NCBI GenBank assembly: GCA_002840305.1
Contig: PHAI01000001.1
Coordinates: forward strand, 29,734-93,733
DNA from: Candidatus Falkowbacteria bacterium HGW-Falkowbacteria-1
GTDB lineage: Bacteria; Patescibacteriota; Patescibacteriia; Patescibacteriales; UBA12465
Length of the DNA stretch: 64,000 nt
Direction: 5' to 3'
Part shown: positions 48,988-59,996 of the stretch, piece after piece
Layout of the letters: the number at the start of each line of letters is the position of its first letter
How positions within the stretch are numbered: position 1 is the first letter of the stretch
Position numbers and translations under genes: made by a program
The notes under the pieces: model-generated
Database searches by the model: none
What the model was told of the DNA's origin: nothing
Seen by the model: the letters and a program-made list of their open reading frames with translations, nothing else

Positions 48988-49560
48988 ATGAGTTTGGATG
49001 TAGTAGAAAAATTTAAAGATAAAAAATTAAAAGAAAAAATAAAAAATAAAGATCAAAAAGCCTTTGAAGAGCTTTATGAAAAAAATGCTGATGATATTTA
49101 TCGTTTTATTTTTTTCAAAATCGGCAAAAAAGATGAGTCGGCTGATTTGTCGTCTCTATCTTTTTTGAAAACTTGGGAGTATATTCAAAAGAACTCCATG
49201 TCTAACAAGGAAACGCTTAGAGCGCTGTTATATAAAATAACTAGAAATGTTATTATTGATCATTATAGAAGCAGTAGAAAAGATAATATTTCCTTGGATG
49301 ATAAAGAAAACAAAATAGATGTTATTGATGAAAATCAAGATGTTAAGTCAAATATTTCGACCCAGATTGATTATGAGATTTTGTCCGAAAAAATGATGGA
49401 GCTCAAAAATGAATACAGAGAAATCGTTATAATGAGATATGTTAATGAACTTAGCCTGGAAGAGATAGCACAGATAACTGGTAAAAAAAAGATAAACGTT
49501 AGAGTATCGCTTCATCGAGCACTTAAAGCTTTAAAGGATATAATGGGAGCAGAGGGATAA
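48988..49560 (+). CDS. ECF sigma-70 family RNA polymerase sigma factor
   Basis: AFEELY...IYRF, LYKITRN..IDHYR, region 4 LSLEEIA.I.GK....VRV.LHRALK.L. Confidence 0.92.
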   Translation: MSLDVVEKFKDKKLKEKIKNKDQKAFEELYEKNADDIYRFIFFKIGKKDESADLSSLSFLKTWEYIQKNSMSNKETLRALLYKITRNVIIDHYRSSRKDNISLDDKENKIDVIDENQDVKSNISTQIDYEILSEKMMELKNEYREIVIMRYVNELSLEEIAQITGKKKINVRVSLHRALKALKDIMGAEG

Positions 49561-49578
49561 GTCTGCCCCTTTTTTTAT

Positions 49579-50523
49579 ATGGAAAATGAATTAATGTTTT
49601 CAATTATTGTTCCCGTTTATAATGAGCAACATTCTTTGGCTGGTTTGCATAAAGAAATTGTTGAGACAATGAATTCTTTGAAAAATAATTTTGAAATTAT
49701 CTTTGTTAATGATGGTTCAATTGATGGAACCTTGGAGGAATTAAAAATTCTTAGTCCTATAAAAATAATAAATTTTCGTAGAAATTTTGGTCAGACCTCA
49801 GCCCTGGATGCAGGAATAAAGATGGCTGCAGGAAAATATTTAATAACCATGGATGGTGATGGTCAAAACAACCCAATCGATATACCAAAGTTGTTCGATA
49901 AATTGATAAGAGATGATTTGGATTTAGTTTCTGGTTGGAGAAAAGACAGAAAAGATAAGTTTTCAAAGAAATTTTTTTCAAAAGTTATTGCTAGGTTGAG
50001 AAAGTTTTTAATAAATGATGGTATTTCTGACAGTGGCTGCACTTTAAAAATTTATAAAAAAGAATGTTTTGACACCTTAAATTTGTATGGAGAAATGCAT
50101 CGATTTATTCCGGCTATTTTAAAAATTAGAGGATTTAAAATGGGAGAAATTGAAGTTTCTCATCGCCCAAGATTAAGTGGGAAAACAAAATATACATGGA
50201 GAAGGGGCGTGAAGGGCGTTTTGGACCTTTTTTCTGTTTGGTTTTGGTATAAATATGTTCAGAGACCACTACATCTTTTTGGTGGCCTTGGCATATCTTT
50301 AATTCTTTTATCTTTTGTTTCTGGTGTATTTGTTATTTATTTAAAATTCTTTAAAAATCAAAGCTTGTCGGATACTGTTTTGACTGATTTGACGTTATTT
50401 GGATTCTTTATTGGTGTGTTACTTCTTGTATTTGGTCTAATGTCTGACATTTTAGCTAGAACTTATTTTAATACTGCCCAGAGAAGACCATACAATATTA
50501 AAGAAATAATAGAGAATAAGTAA
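49579..50523 (+). CDS. GT2 polyprenol-phosphate glycosyltransferase (ArnC/GtrB-like)
   Basis: IVPVYNE, VNDGS.DGT, RNFGQ, MDGDGQN, EMHRFIP, two C-terminal TM segments. Confidence 0.9.
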   Translation: MENELMFSIIVPVYNEQHSLAGLHKEIVETMNSLKNNFEIIFVNDGSIDGTLEELKILSPIKIINFRRNFGQTSALDAGIKMAAGKYLITMDGDGQNNPIDIPKLFDKLIRDDLDLVSGWRKDRKDKFSKKFFSKVIARLRKFLINDGISDSGCTLKIYKKECFDTLNLYGEMHRFIPAILKIRGFKMGEIEVSHRPRLSGKTKYTWRRGVKGVLDLFSVWFWYKYVQRPLHLFGGLGISLILLSFVSGVFVIYLKFFKNQSLSDTVLTDLTLFGFFIGVLLLVFGLMSDILARTYFNTAQRRPYNIKEIIENK

Positions 50524-50538
50524 TTATTCTTTTTTGCT

Positions 50539-51645
50539 ATGAAAAGAATATTAATTTTAAATTATGAATTTCCTCCTTTGGGGGGCGGGGCGGGCAATGC
50601 TACCCACTATCTTCTTAGGGAGTTTTCTGGTTATCACGACTTAGAGATTGACTTGGTTACCTCTTCTGTCGATGAATTTAAAATTGAAAAAATATATAAA
50701 AATGTAACGGTTCATTTTTTAAACATAGGGAAAAAGAATAAAAGATTACACTATCAAACGTTGAAAGATATCTTGGTTTATTCTTTTAAGGCTTATTTTT
50801 ACTCAAAGAAATTAAAAAAAAGAAAAAATTTTGATTTCTGCCATGCTTTTTTTGGTATACCATGTGGTTATATAGCAATGAAGCTAGAATTGCCCTATAT
50901 CATTAGTTTGAGAGGCAGCGACGTTCCATTTTATAGTAAAAGATTTTATTTTTTAGATAAAATATTATTCAAAAGATTAAGCTTTAAATTGTGGAAAAAT
51001 GCTAAAAAAGTTATAGCAAACTCTGAAGATTTAATGTTGTTGGCCTTAGAGGTAAACAAAAATCAAAAAATTGTTGTCATAGGAAATGGTGTCGACACTC
51101 AAGAATTTAAACCATTAGAAAAAAAGCTTTTTACAAGACCTATAAAAGCGATTTCGACAGGAAGATTGATAGAGAGGAAGGGTTATGAATTTTTGATAGA
51201 AGCTATTTCTGGTCTTCAAGAGATGGAACTTGAATTGATTGGAGATGGTAGAATAAAAGACAAATTAAAAAAAATAGCAAAAGAAAAAAACGTAAATATA
51301 AAATTTTTAGGCAAGAAGTCTCATGATCAAATAGCTAGTTATTTACAAAGAGCCGATATTTTTGTTTTACCCTCTTTAAACGAGGGAATGTCCAATTCGA
51401 TTTTAGAGGCCATGTCTTGCGGTTTGCCAATAATTATGACCGATACTGGTGGCAAAGAGTTAATAAAAAATAACGGATTTATTGTTAAGAAGGGCAGTGC
51501 GGAGGAATTAAAACTGGCTTTAACAAGATTTGTTAATGAACCACGATTAATTTTAGAAATGGGAAAAAATTCCAGAGAATTAGCTGAAAAAATAAGCTGG
51601 AAGATTGCTTCTCGGGAGTATAGAAAGATTTATGACCTCATTTAA
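50539..51645 (+). CDS. GT4 glycosyltransferase
   Basis: NYEFPPLGGG, GRLIERKG, EGMSNSILEAMSCGLP. Confidence 0.9.
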   Translation: MKRILILNYEFPPLGGGAGNATHYLLREFSGYHDLEIDLVTSSVDEFKIEKIYKNVTVHFLNIGKKNKRLHYQTLKDILVYSFKAYFYSKKLKKRKNFDFCHAFFGIPCGYIAMKLELPYIISLRGSDVPFYSKRFYFLDKILFKRLSFKLWKNAKKVIANSEDLMLLALEVNKNQKIVVIGNGVDTQEFKPLEKKLFTRPIKAISTGRLIERKGYEFLIEAISGLQEMELELIGDGRIKDKLKKIAKEKNVNIKFLGKKSHDQIASYLQRADIFVLPSLNEGMSNSILEAMSCGLPIIMTDTGGKELIKNNGFIVKKGSAEELKLALTRFVNEPRLILEMGKNSRELAEKISWKIASREYRKIYDLI

Positions 51646-51686
51646 GATTCTTTTTTAGGAAGTTAGAAAAATGTAAAAAATAATAC

Positions 51687-52850
51687 TTGTTTATGAAAGT
51701 GGCATATATTTTTTTGAATAACCTAAAAAGCAAAGAGGCTTGTGTCCATCAAGCCTTATCTTTTGTTTCCAATTTTTCGAAATATGATAATATAATTTTT
51801 TTTTCCAGCTTTATTTCTAAGATAGAATTTACGAAAGTCCTGAATTTCTTTTTAATAGACAACAATTTTAAGACGGTAAGAGCCCCTTTTGTGGTTGTGA
51901 ACAATAATTTTTTTATTGAAAAAATCGGGAGGCTTCTTTCCTGCTTTTTTGTTTTTTTATATTTAAAATTAAAAAAGTTTGACGTAATATATACAGAAGA
52001 TTTTTCATTTGTATATTTTTTGTCATTTATACCTAAGCGGCTTAGGTTTAAAGGCAAAATATTTTTTGAATCTCATAAAATATTCTTTAAAACATCTAAT
52101 AAAGTTAGTTACGAGCAAGAAAATAAAGCCTATAATTCGGTTGATCGTTTTATTTCAGTATCAAAAAATTGCAAAGATGACTTGTCTTTAATTTTTGGAA
52201 TAAAAGATGATAATATAATTGTTTTGCCTAATGCGGTTGATTTTGTTGGGCTTACTGATTTAAAAGAAAGATATAGAAAGCTTGATTCTGTAATAAAAAA
52301 AGAAAAAAAAGATTTTTTCCTTTTGTATTCAGGGTCGTTTATTGCCTGGAAGGGGCTCGACGTTCTTATAAAGGCTTTGAAATACACAGAAAAAGATATT
52401 AAAGCGTTGCTTGTCGGTGGTAATAAAAAAGATATTGATGTTTTGCAAAGATTGGCAGAGAAAGAGCTGGTCGCGGATAAGGTCCTATTAGTAAATAAAA
52501 AAAATAAAAAAGATCTTGTAAAATTCATGCTTTGTTGTGACATTGGTATTTTACCCAATAATACGGATAGCAACAATGTTTATACTAGCCCAATGAAAAT
52601 TTTTGAATATATGGTTATTGGTTTGCCTATTGTATCCTCAGAAATATCATCGGTTAAGGATATTTTAAGAGACATGGAAAACGTCGTTTTCTTTAAAACT
52701 AACAATGAAAAAGATTTGGCTCATAAAATAAATTTTTTATATAACAACAGAGATGTTTGCGGTCGTCTTTCAAAAAACAATTTGAAATATGTAAAAGAGT
52801 TTGATATAAACATTAGGTCTTTAAAGATAAGAGATTTTTTTCAGGCCTAG
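51687..52850 (+). CDS. GT4 glycosyltransferase
   Basis: YSGSFIAWKG and SPMKIFEYM..GLPIV.S. Confidence 0.88.
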   Translation: MFMKVAYIFLNNLKSKEACVHQALSFVSNFSKYDNIIFFSSFISKIEFTKVLNFFLIDNNFKTVRAPFVVVNNNFFIEKIGRLLSCFFVFLYLKLKKFDVIYTEDFSFVYFLSFIPKRLRFKGKIFFESHKIFFKTSNKVSYEQENKAYNSVDRFISVSKNCKDDLSLIFGIKDDNIIVLPNAVDFVGLTDLKERYRKLDSVIKKEKKDFFLLYSGSFIAWKGLDVLIKALKYTEKDIKALLVGGNKKDIDVLQRLAEKELVADKVLLVNKKNKKDLVKFMLCCDIGILPNNTDSNNVYTSPMKIFEYMVIGLPIVSSEISSVKDILRDMENVVFFKTNNEKDLAHKINFLYNNRDVCGRLSKNNLKYVKEFDINIRSLKIRDFFQA

Positions 52851-52888
52851 AATAAGTTTTTGTGAAAGGTGTCTATTAAAATCAATTT

Positions 52889-54180
52889 ATGAATAAAATA
52901 TTAAGAATTTTTAAAAAGTTTTTTGCATTATTATCGCTTAGGATTTTTTATGTCATTTTTTTGAAAACAAATAAAATAAAAGATGTAGAAAGTGCTTTAG
53001 AGAATAATGACAAGAGTAATGTTGTTATCGTTGGTGGAAACATCTTGAAGAACAAAGGCGATCAGGCTATGCTTTTTTTATTGTTGATTACTTAAAAAAA
53101 AATTATCCCTCCAAGAAAATATTCTTGTTAGCTGATCAGAGAGATCTCGCCGAATATACTTTTGAAAAAAAATATAATTTTACGGCTTATAATTGGACTC
53201 TGTACGACAAAATAAGTATTATAAGGTCTAAAGATAGTCTTGTCACCAATATAATTAAAGAATCTTCTTGTTTTTTTGATATTAGCGGTTATGCATTTTC
53301 TTCTAGTATTTTAAATAAGTTTAAGTTTAAAAATTTTGAACACTCTCTTTCTTATCTTATGAGCATAGTAGTTGCCAAGAATTTTTCTATTCCTTATTTC
53401 ATTTTGCCACAGTCTATTGGCCCTTTTGACTATCCGTTATTTTACAGGAAAATACTTAAATTTTTGTCGTTTTATATTTTAAAATATCCTCGAAAAATAT
53501 TTGTTCGAGAAAAAAAATATTTAGATGATTTAGAAAAAATAAGTGGAAGAGACATAGTCAATTTTAAGGACATTGTTCTAGTCGGTGAGGCTTATGATTT
53601 AAAAAACATTTATAAAGAACGGCCAGTTATTTCAGAAAAAAATATTTTAAATGATTCGGTCGGAGTTATTTTGAACAGAAAAATATTTGACAGAATAGGA
53701 GCGGATGAGTTTTTTGATGTTTATGATCTTGTAATTAAAAAGTTGCTATCTAAAAATAAAAATGTTTATATATTTAGACATTCCTACGAAGATTTAGATT
53801 TGTGCATAAGCCTTAAAAGCAAATTTGGGCACAATGAGAACGTTATTTTTTTTAATGATGATTTTAATTGTTTTGAATTAGAAAAAATTATTTCCAAGCT
53901 TGATTTTGTGATAGCCTCAAGATATCATTCTGTTATCCATGCTTATAAAAACAAGGTTCCAGCTTTGTGCATTTCTTGGGCTAATAAGTATTATGAATTA
54001 TTGGATTATTTTTCTCAATTAAAATATCTTTTTGATTGCAGACAAAAGATAAACAAAGAAGAGTTGAGCAAATCTTTGGATTCTTTATTAAGTAATTATT
54101 TGTTAGAAAAAGGATTGATAGGGGAAAAAATGGAAGAAGTAAGAAAAGAATATAGCATTAGCAGTTTGTTTAAATTTTAG
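52889..54180 (+). pseudogene. Polysaccharide pyruvyltransferase family gene, frameshifted at a T7 tract
   Basis: NKGDQAM is in the first ORF; DISGYA, PQSIGPF, VRE, ASRYHS and SWANKY are in the second. One extra T at 53073-53079 fuses them. Confidence 0.8.
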
Positions 54181-54189
54181 TAGTTTTAT

Positions 54190-55119
54190 ATGGAAAGTTT
54201 TAAATCTAAATCAGAAGAATTTCCTTTTGTTTCCGTGGTCGTTCCAGTTTTTAATGACGAAAAAAGAATTGGTAAATGTATAGAATCTCTTATTTCTCAG
54301 TCTTACCCTAAGGATAAGTATGAAATTATCATTGTCGATAACAATTCAAACGATGGTACGGTTGAAATAGTAAAAAAATATCCAGTAAAAATTCTTCATG
54401 AAAATAATATTCAAAGTTCTTATGCGGCCAGAAACTTGGGTATAAAAAATTCAAAAGGTGAAATAATTGCTTTTACCGATTCTGACTGTATTGCTGATAA
54501 AAACTGGATTTTAAATAGCATTCTTTTTTTTGGAGAAAATAAATGTGACTTAATCGCTGGAGATATTAAATTTTTCTATAAAAACGAACAAGATATTTTT
54601 GAAATTTTAGATTCTTTTGTGCACTTTAATCAGAAAAAAGGAGTTCTCAGCAATAAGGTTCCTACGGCCAATCTTTTTATAAAAAAATATGTTTTTGACA
54701 AAATTGGTTTTTTTAATTCTGATTTAAAATCAGGGGCCGATATTTTGTTGACAAACAAGGCCGTCTTAGCGGGGTATAACCTTTGTTTTTCTCTGGGCAG
54801 TATAGTTTATCATCCTACTAGAAATTTTAAGGAACTAATTTTGAAACACAGAAGAATAGCTTACGACAACATACCGAGTAGATTACAGCAGGGAGAAAGT
54901 GTTCTGTTTATTATTTATAGTTTGCTTGTAGATTTTCTACCTCAAAAAAAATTTTTTTATAAAAGGATAAGAAATATAAATTATAAAAAAAATAAAACTT
55001 TTTTAAGTATAAAGCTTTTTTTCGCTAATTGGTTTATAATTTTTATTACTAACATTTATAGATTCGTTTATTTAAAAGACTTATTAATTAAAAAATTTAA
55101 AAAAAATGAAAAAAATTAG
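54190..55119 (+). CDS. GT2 glycosyltransferase
   Basis: VSVVVPVFN, VDNNSNDGT, AARNLG, FTDSD. Confidence 0.9.
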   Translation: MESFKSKSEEFPFVSVVVPVFNDEKRIGKCIESLISQSYPKDKYEIIIVDNNSNDGTVEIVKKYPVKILHENNIQSSYAARNLGIKNSKGEIIAFTDSDCIADKNWILNSILFFGENKCDLIAGDIKFFYKNEQDIFEILDSFVHFNQKKGVLSNKVPTANLFIKKYVFDKIGFFNSDLKSGADILLTNKAVLAGYNLCFSLGSIVYHPTRNFKELILKHRRIAYDNIPSRLQQGESVLFIIYSLLVDFLPQKKFFYKRIRNINYKKNKTFLSIKLFFANWFIIFITNIYRFVYLKDLLIKKFKKNEKN

Positions 55120-55996
55120 CGTGATCATTCCTTGCTATAATGATCCGAATGGGTTAAAAATTACCCTAGAGTCATTAGAAAATCAATCCTTAAGTAAGGA
55201 TTTATTTGAAGTCATTGTTGGTAATGATGGCGCTAGCGAAGACGTGAGAAATGTTTGTAATAATTTTGGAGTACGATTTGTGAACGTGTTTCCTAGGAGA
55301 GGTATTTCTGTCGCTAGGAATAGAGCTATCGAAAAATCATTTTGTAACTTGTTGGCCTTTACTGACGCTGATATAGTAGTTGATAAAAATTGGCTTGAGA
55401 ATGGTATAAAGTTTTTGTCTATTTATGATTATGTGGGGGGCGTAATTAAAACTGTTCTAAATAAAAATAAAATTAGGAATCACGAATATTATCAGTATTT
55501 AACTTCTTTTAATAATGAATACAATTTCAAAAAAGATAAATATTTTGCTGGTGGTAATATTTTTGCCAAAAAAAAAGTATTTGATAAATTGGCTGGTTTT
55601 GAAGAGAAAATTATTTTTGGCGGAGAGGATAGAGAATTTGGTGTTAGGGTTTTTTTATCAAAAAGATATCGCATGTTTTATTCTGAAGAAATAATAGTTT
55701 ATCATCCCGTTCGTACTTTTAAAGAATTGTTGAGAAAGAGTGATATTTATAGAGAATCATCATTTTTTTTGGGAAAAATTTGTTTTGATAAATTCCCTAG
55801 TTTGAAACCAAATATTTTTAAATTTTTTAAATTGATTATAATACCGCCCATTAAAGTTCTGGGGTCTAAAAGGAAAATTAATAAGTTCGTGAAAATAAAA
55901 GTATTTTTTTGGTCTTTCTATTTAGGATTTTTAGATTCTTTAAATTATATTAAAAACAGGATAAAAGGTAAAAAATATTATGACTTTTTTGAATAA
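55106..55996 (+). CDS. GT2 glycosyltransferase
   Basis: SVIIPCYN, ARNRAI, FTDAD, GGED. Confidence 0.9.
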   Translation: MKKISVIIPCYNDPNGLKITLESLENQSLSKDLFEVIVGNDGASEDVRNVCNNFGVRFVNVFPRRGISVARNRAIEKSFCNLLAFTDADIVVDKNWLENGIKFLSIYDYVGGVIKTVLNKNKIRNHEYYQYLTSFNNEYNFKKDKYFAGGNIFAKKKVFDKLAGFEEKIIFGGEDREFGVRVFLSKRYRMFYSEEIIVYHPVRTFKELLRKSDIYRESSFFLGKICFDKFPSLKPNIFKFFKLIIIPPIKVLGSKRKINKFVKIKVFFWSFYLGFLDSLNYIKNRIKGKKYYDFFE

Positions 55997-55999
55997 CTT

Positions 56000-57679
56000 T
56001 TACCATTTATATATTTGTATTTGATCAATATCCATTATTTTTAATACATTTTTATCGCAAAATAAATAATTATCAATAGCATTGTTCTCTTCCTGACCGA
56101 TTATTGGGTTCCTGTATGTGTCAAAAATCAACATTCCTCTTTTGTTGTTCCTGTTTTTTTTAATTTTATAACATACTTCGTCTTGATTTTTGTTATAGAT
56201 ATTAATTATATTTTCGTTTTTTATATTAAATTCAATTTTTAGTATTGGAGAAAATTTTGTTGTAATAAATATATAATCTTCTTCCTCATCTTCGATTTTA
56301 TTTTTTAAATAGTGTATTAAATTATCAACTTTATGATTTTTTTGATAAGTTATGAAATAACTTGTTGAATTTTTAGCATGTAAAGAATTTCCTATTTTAA
56401 AGTTTAGTATTAAAAAAGTAATTAAAAGAATAGAAAACAAAAACTTTTCGTATTTATTATTTTTGAATATTTTTGCTGTTTCAATCAAAAAATCTATAGA
56501 ACTTGCTATTATTATGGTAAAAAATGGCAAAGCGTAGTATATGTATCTAGGTTTAATCAAGTTCACCTTTAGTATTGTGCTATAAAGAATTATGGTTATT
56601 ATAAATATAAAAAGGTAAGACAAAAGCGCTTTATTTTTTTTGAAGTATAAGTAAACAAAGGATATTATAGAAAGAAACATCACAATTAATAAAAATTTAT
56701 TATGTCCATACCACATAAGCGGCGGTGAGTTGGGGTTCATGAAAAAATTAAACCAGGATATGTCAAAATTTATAGATTTTATTCCTAGCCAATGTTTTAC
56801 TCCATTTTTATACAAAAAGCCTATAATCAAAAAAATAATAATAGGAGTATAAATTAAATATTTCTTAGCTTTTGTTTTTGTGTATAAGAAATAAGAATTT
56901 ATTAAAAAAAGGCTTAAGAATACTATCAGTATATATTTAATAGTTGATAGCCTGTCCGTAAAAAAGGCATATATAAAAAATATTAGAATAAAAATAGCAT
57001 TTATTATAATATTTTTCTTATTTTTGTTTTTAATAGATTCAAAAAAATTAAAACTAATTAAAGTAAATATTATTATTAAAAAAGAATATAGACTGTACTC
57101 TCTGGCAAGCTTTGCCATGCCGATTGCCCAAGGTGAAATAGCCCATAAAATAGATGAAATAATAGCTGTTTTGTTGGATATTTTTTTTCCTAAGTAAAAA
57201 ATGGCTATAGTTGAAAATGCTCCGGCCAACACGCTTGTAATTCTTGTCCAGTAGAGATATTCAAAATAAGTATTAGCTTTGAAAATTAAACATATAAATT
57301 TGCTTATTGATGTTAAAAGCGGAGCTCTAGTATAATTGGATTTTCCAAAGTTTATTAAATCATAAACAGCATTTAATAAAAATTCTTCATCAGTGGACAA
57401 GTGTATAATTGTAAGGTTATTTATTCTAAAATATAGAGAAATTAGACTTATAATAATTAAAAAAAGAATGATATATATTTTTTTTTCTTTACTTTTTTTA
57501 TTTTCCTCCTTACTTTCTTTATTTTTATAAAGAAAATAAATAGAGATGATTATTAACGTGATTAGTGCTATATCAATTAATATATTTTCTAAATTGATTA
57601 ATTGTTTTAAGATTAGGGTAAAAAAAGAAAATAAAAATAAATATTTAACAATAATATAATGATTTTTATTCATTTTCAT
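56000..57679 (-). CDS. GT-C fold (ArnT/PMT-like) membrane glycosyltransferase
   Basis: Many TM segments, loop STDE, YTRAP, SPW.I...AREYS, PRY. Confidence 0.78.
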   Translation of the reverse strand: MKMNKNHYIIVKYLFLFSFFTLILKQLINLENILIDIALITLIIISIYFLYKNKESKEENKKSKEKKIYIILFLIIISLISLYFRINNLTIIHLSTDEEFLLNAVYDLINFGKSNYTRAPLLTSISKFICLIFKANTYFEYLYWTRITSVLAGAFSTIAIFYLGKKISNKTAIISSILWAISPWAIGMAKLAREYSLYSFLIIIFTLISFNFFESIKNKNKKNIIINAIFILIFFIYAFFTDRLSTIKYILIVFLSLFLINSYFLYTKTKAKKYLIYTPIIIFLIIGFLYKNGVKHWLGIKSINFDISWFNFFMNPNSPPLMWYGHNKFLLIVMFLSIISFVYLYFKKNKALLSYLFIFIITIILYSTILKVNLIKPRYIYYALPFFTIIIASSIDFLIETAKIFKNNKYEKFLFSILLITFLILNFKIGNSLHAKNSTSYFITYQKNHKVDNLIHYLKNKIEDEEEDYIFITTKFSPILKIEFNIKNENIINIYNKNQDEVCYKIKKNRNNKRGMLIFDTYRNPIIGQEENNAIDNYLFCDKNVLKIMDIDQIQIYKW

Positions 57680-57690
57680 TTTTTTATTGA

Positions 57691-59205
57691 TTAAAACTCA
57701 AATACCCAGATTTGATTATTAAACTTGTAGTCATCTTTAAAGATTAATTTTTGTTTATTTATAAAGTCTATCATTTCTGGGCTAAGCCTATCATCTATGG
57801 CCATATAATCTATTATGATATAGCCATTGTTTTCCTTTGTTATTTTTTCCAAGGTTTCTACATCAAAAATGTTTGTGGCATTGGTATAATAATCTCTATC
57901 TGTTTTTTGCCATTCTTTTATTTCTCCACCAGCTAAATTCATTGCTAGGCAGTAATCGGTTTTTCCTAGATATATTTTGTCCATCACTGGATATGGCGAT
58001 ATGATTAGGCTTATATCATTAAAACCATCGTTTTTTACAGCCTGATATGCCTGCTTAAAATTGGCCTGTGGCGTTAATGGCTCTAAATAATAATGAGACT
58101 CGGGGACAAAATTAAAAACTCTAATATTCAAGTTCATTACTAATATTACGACCAGGGAGGACAGGACTACAAATACGATTTTTGTTTGTCTGGTTCTTTC
58201 ACTTATAAAATAAATGAAGAAAGAACAAAATACAAACAATATTGGTATTAAGAATGTTATATATCTATAAACTTTACGATCGCTACTTATAGCGATTATT
58301 AGAAAAGGAAGTAAAAATGAGATTGCCAATATTATAGATGAGTTTAATTTATTGCTTTGCTGCTTTTTTTTATAATAAAAACAAGCTAAGATAAATCCCA
58401 AAATTGCCAGAATGTAGATAACGGGGAAAAATGATCTTACGAAGTCCAAAAAGTTTACGAGATAATAATTATGTTTATATAACATTTTATAGAATAGGTC
58501 TCGACTGATTTTAAAAATGATTGGGACAAACAAAACAAGAAAACCAAAGCTCAAAATTTTCCTTTTTTTTATTTCTTGGTATATCTTAAGTCTTAGATTT
58601 TTATCCTCACTCAGCCTCCAAAGAATGGTCGCTCCATATATAGCTATTAGGAGATAGCCAAAATAGTGACTCAATATGGCAAAGAGCGTGCTTAGAGATA
58701 GAAACAATAGTTTTCTGTAGGAAAATTTCTTTAAAAGAGAATCGAACAGATAAATTGAAAGAAAAAAGAAAAATTGAAACTGTGAATACATTCTAGCTTG
58801 TCTGCTCCAGGCTATTTGCCAATATGAAAAGGAGGTCATAAACGATGCCAGAATAGCTACGTAATTATTGAATATTTTTTTGCTTATTAAAAATATTAGA
58901 TAAACCGTAAGAATGCCAAAAACGACAGAAGTTATTCTGGTCGCTGTTTCATTGAACCCAAAAAGCATTACGGGGCCACTTATTAAGTAAGTGTTTAATA
59001 TTGATCTGCTATAAACTTCCCCAGAATCCAAAATGGGGTATCCATTTTTTATAGTTGCTGTAACAGCGTTGAGCGTGTACCCTTCGTCTATCCAATAAGA
59101 TTGTTCGTTTAATTTGTATATTCTCAGGAAAAGTCCGGCTAGTATAATTATTAGCAAAATCAGAAATTCAACTTTCTTTTTTTTAAAACCATTCAGAGTA
59201 TTCAT
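57691..59205 (-). CDS. GT-C fold (ArnT/PMT-like) membrane glycosyltransferase
   Basis: LRIY.L...SYWIDE, R..SV.FG, SRQARMY, many TM segments. Confidence 0.82.
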   Translation of the reverse strand: MNTLNGFKKKKVEFLILLIIILAGLFLRIYKLNEQSYWIDEGYTLNAVTATIKNGYPILDSGEVYSRSILNTYLISGPVMLFGFNETATRITSVVFGILTVYLIFLISKKIFNNYVAILASFMTSFSYWQIAWSRQARMYSQFQFFFFLSIYLFDSLLKKFSYRKLLFLSLSTLFAILSHYFGYLLIAIYGATILWRLSEDKNLRLKIYQEIKKRKILSFGFLVLFVPIIFKISRDLFYKMLYKHNYYLVNFLDFVRSFFPVIYILAILGFILACFYYKKKQQSNKLNSSIILAISFLLPFLIIAISSDRKVYRYITFLIPILFVFCSFFIYFISERTRQTKIVFVVLSSLVVILVMNLNIRVFNFVPESHYYLEPLTPQANFKQAYQAVKNDGFNDISLIISPYPVMDKIYLGKTDYCLAMNLAGGEIKEWQKTDRDYYTNATNIFDVETLEKITKENNGYIIIDYMAIDDRLSPEMIDFINKQKLIFKDDYKFNNQIWVFEF

Positions 59206-59369
59206 ATAACTATTGTCTTTTAGATTTTTTTATATTATAATTATATTGTAGTTATTTTATAATATAATTATAGCTATTTTTTGCACAATTAACAATAATT
59301 TAATAATTATAATTAAAACACGGAATAACTTATTTATATGATTTATTTTGTGTGGTTTTTAAAAAAATT

Positions 59370-59825
59370 ATGACAAAACAAAAGAAAGGTTTTACCTTGA
59401 TTGAGTTGTTAGTAGTTATTGCCATTATTGGTATTTTAGCTACTCTAGCCGTTGTAGCATTACAACAAGCCAGAAAGAATGCTAGAGATGCAAAAAGAAT
59501 CGCAGATGTTCGTCAAATGCAAACTGCATTGGAATTGTATTTCAATGATAACCAATACTATCCGGACGTGGTTACAGATGGAGGCACAATTGCTTCTAAC
59601 GGCGTAACTTATATGAACATAGTTCCAAGTGCTCCAACTCCAGCTGATGGTACTTGCGCGGCTGCTTCTAATACATATACTTATACAGGCGCTGGAACAG
59701 CTGTTGGTGATTACTGGGGAAGTTACACTATTGATTTTTGCTTAGGTGGTCAAACAGGAGGTTTGGACGCTGGTGAAAAATATGCTACTCCAGGAGGAAT
59801 TATTGATGGTTCTTCAACTTACTAG
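59370..59825 (+). CDS. Type IV pilin (probable major pilin)
   Basis: [16 protein letters not shown]. Same pilin module as 4953 and 38962, but it stops 6 aa after PGGII. ATG 59370 preferred over GTG 59352. Terminator at 59851-59879. Confidence 0.88.
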   Translation: MTKQKKGFTLIELLVVIAIIGILATLAVVALQQARKNARDAKRIADVRQMQTALELYFNDNQYYPDVVTDGGTIASNGVTYMNIVPSAPTPADGTCAAASNTYTYTGAGTAVGDYWGSYTIDFCLGGQTGGLDAGEKYATPGGIIDGSSTY

Positions 59826-59952
59826 TATAAACAAAAACTTAATTTCACCGAAAGAGCACATTCAAATGTGCTCTTTCTTTTAGATAAGTCTAGATATTTC
59901 TGGACTTATCTTGATTTGGGTCAATCTTATTAGTATTAAAACGATATTTCAC

Positions 59953-59978
59953 TGTAACTTTTTCCCTTTTATTACGTA
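59953..59978 (+). promoter_or_regulatory. ECF-type promoter
   Basis: TGTAAC-16 nt-CGTA matches the AAC/CGT ECF consensus (SigW/SigX-like). Confidence 0.6.
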
Positions 59979-59996
59979 TACTATAGTGCAAGCCTT

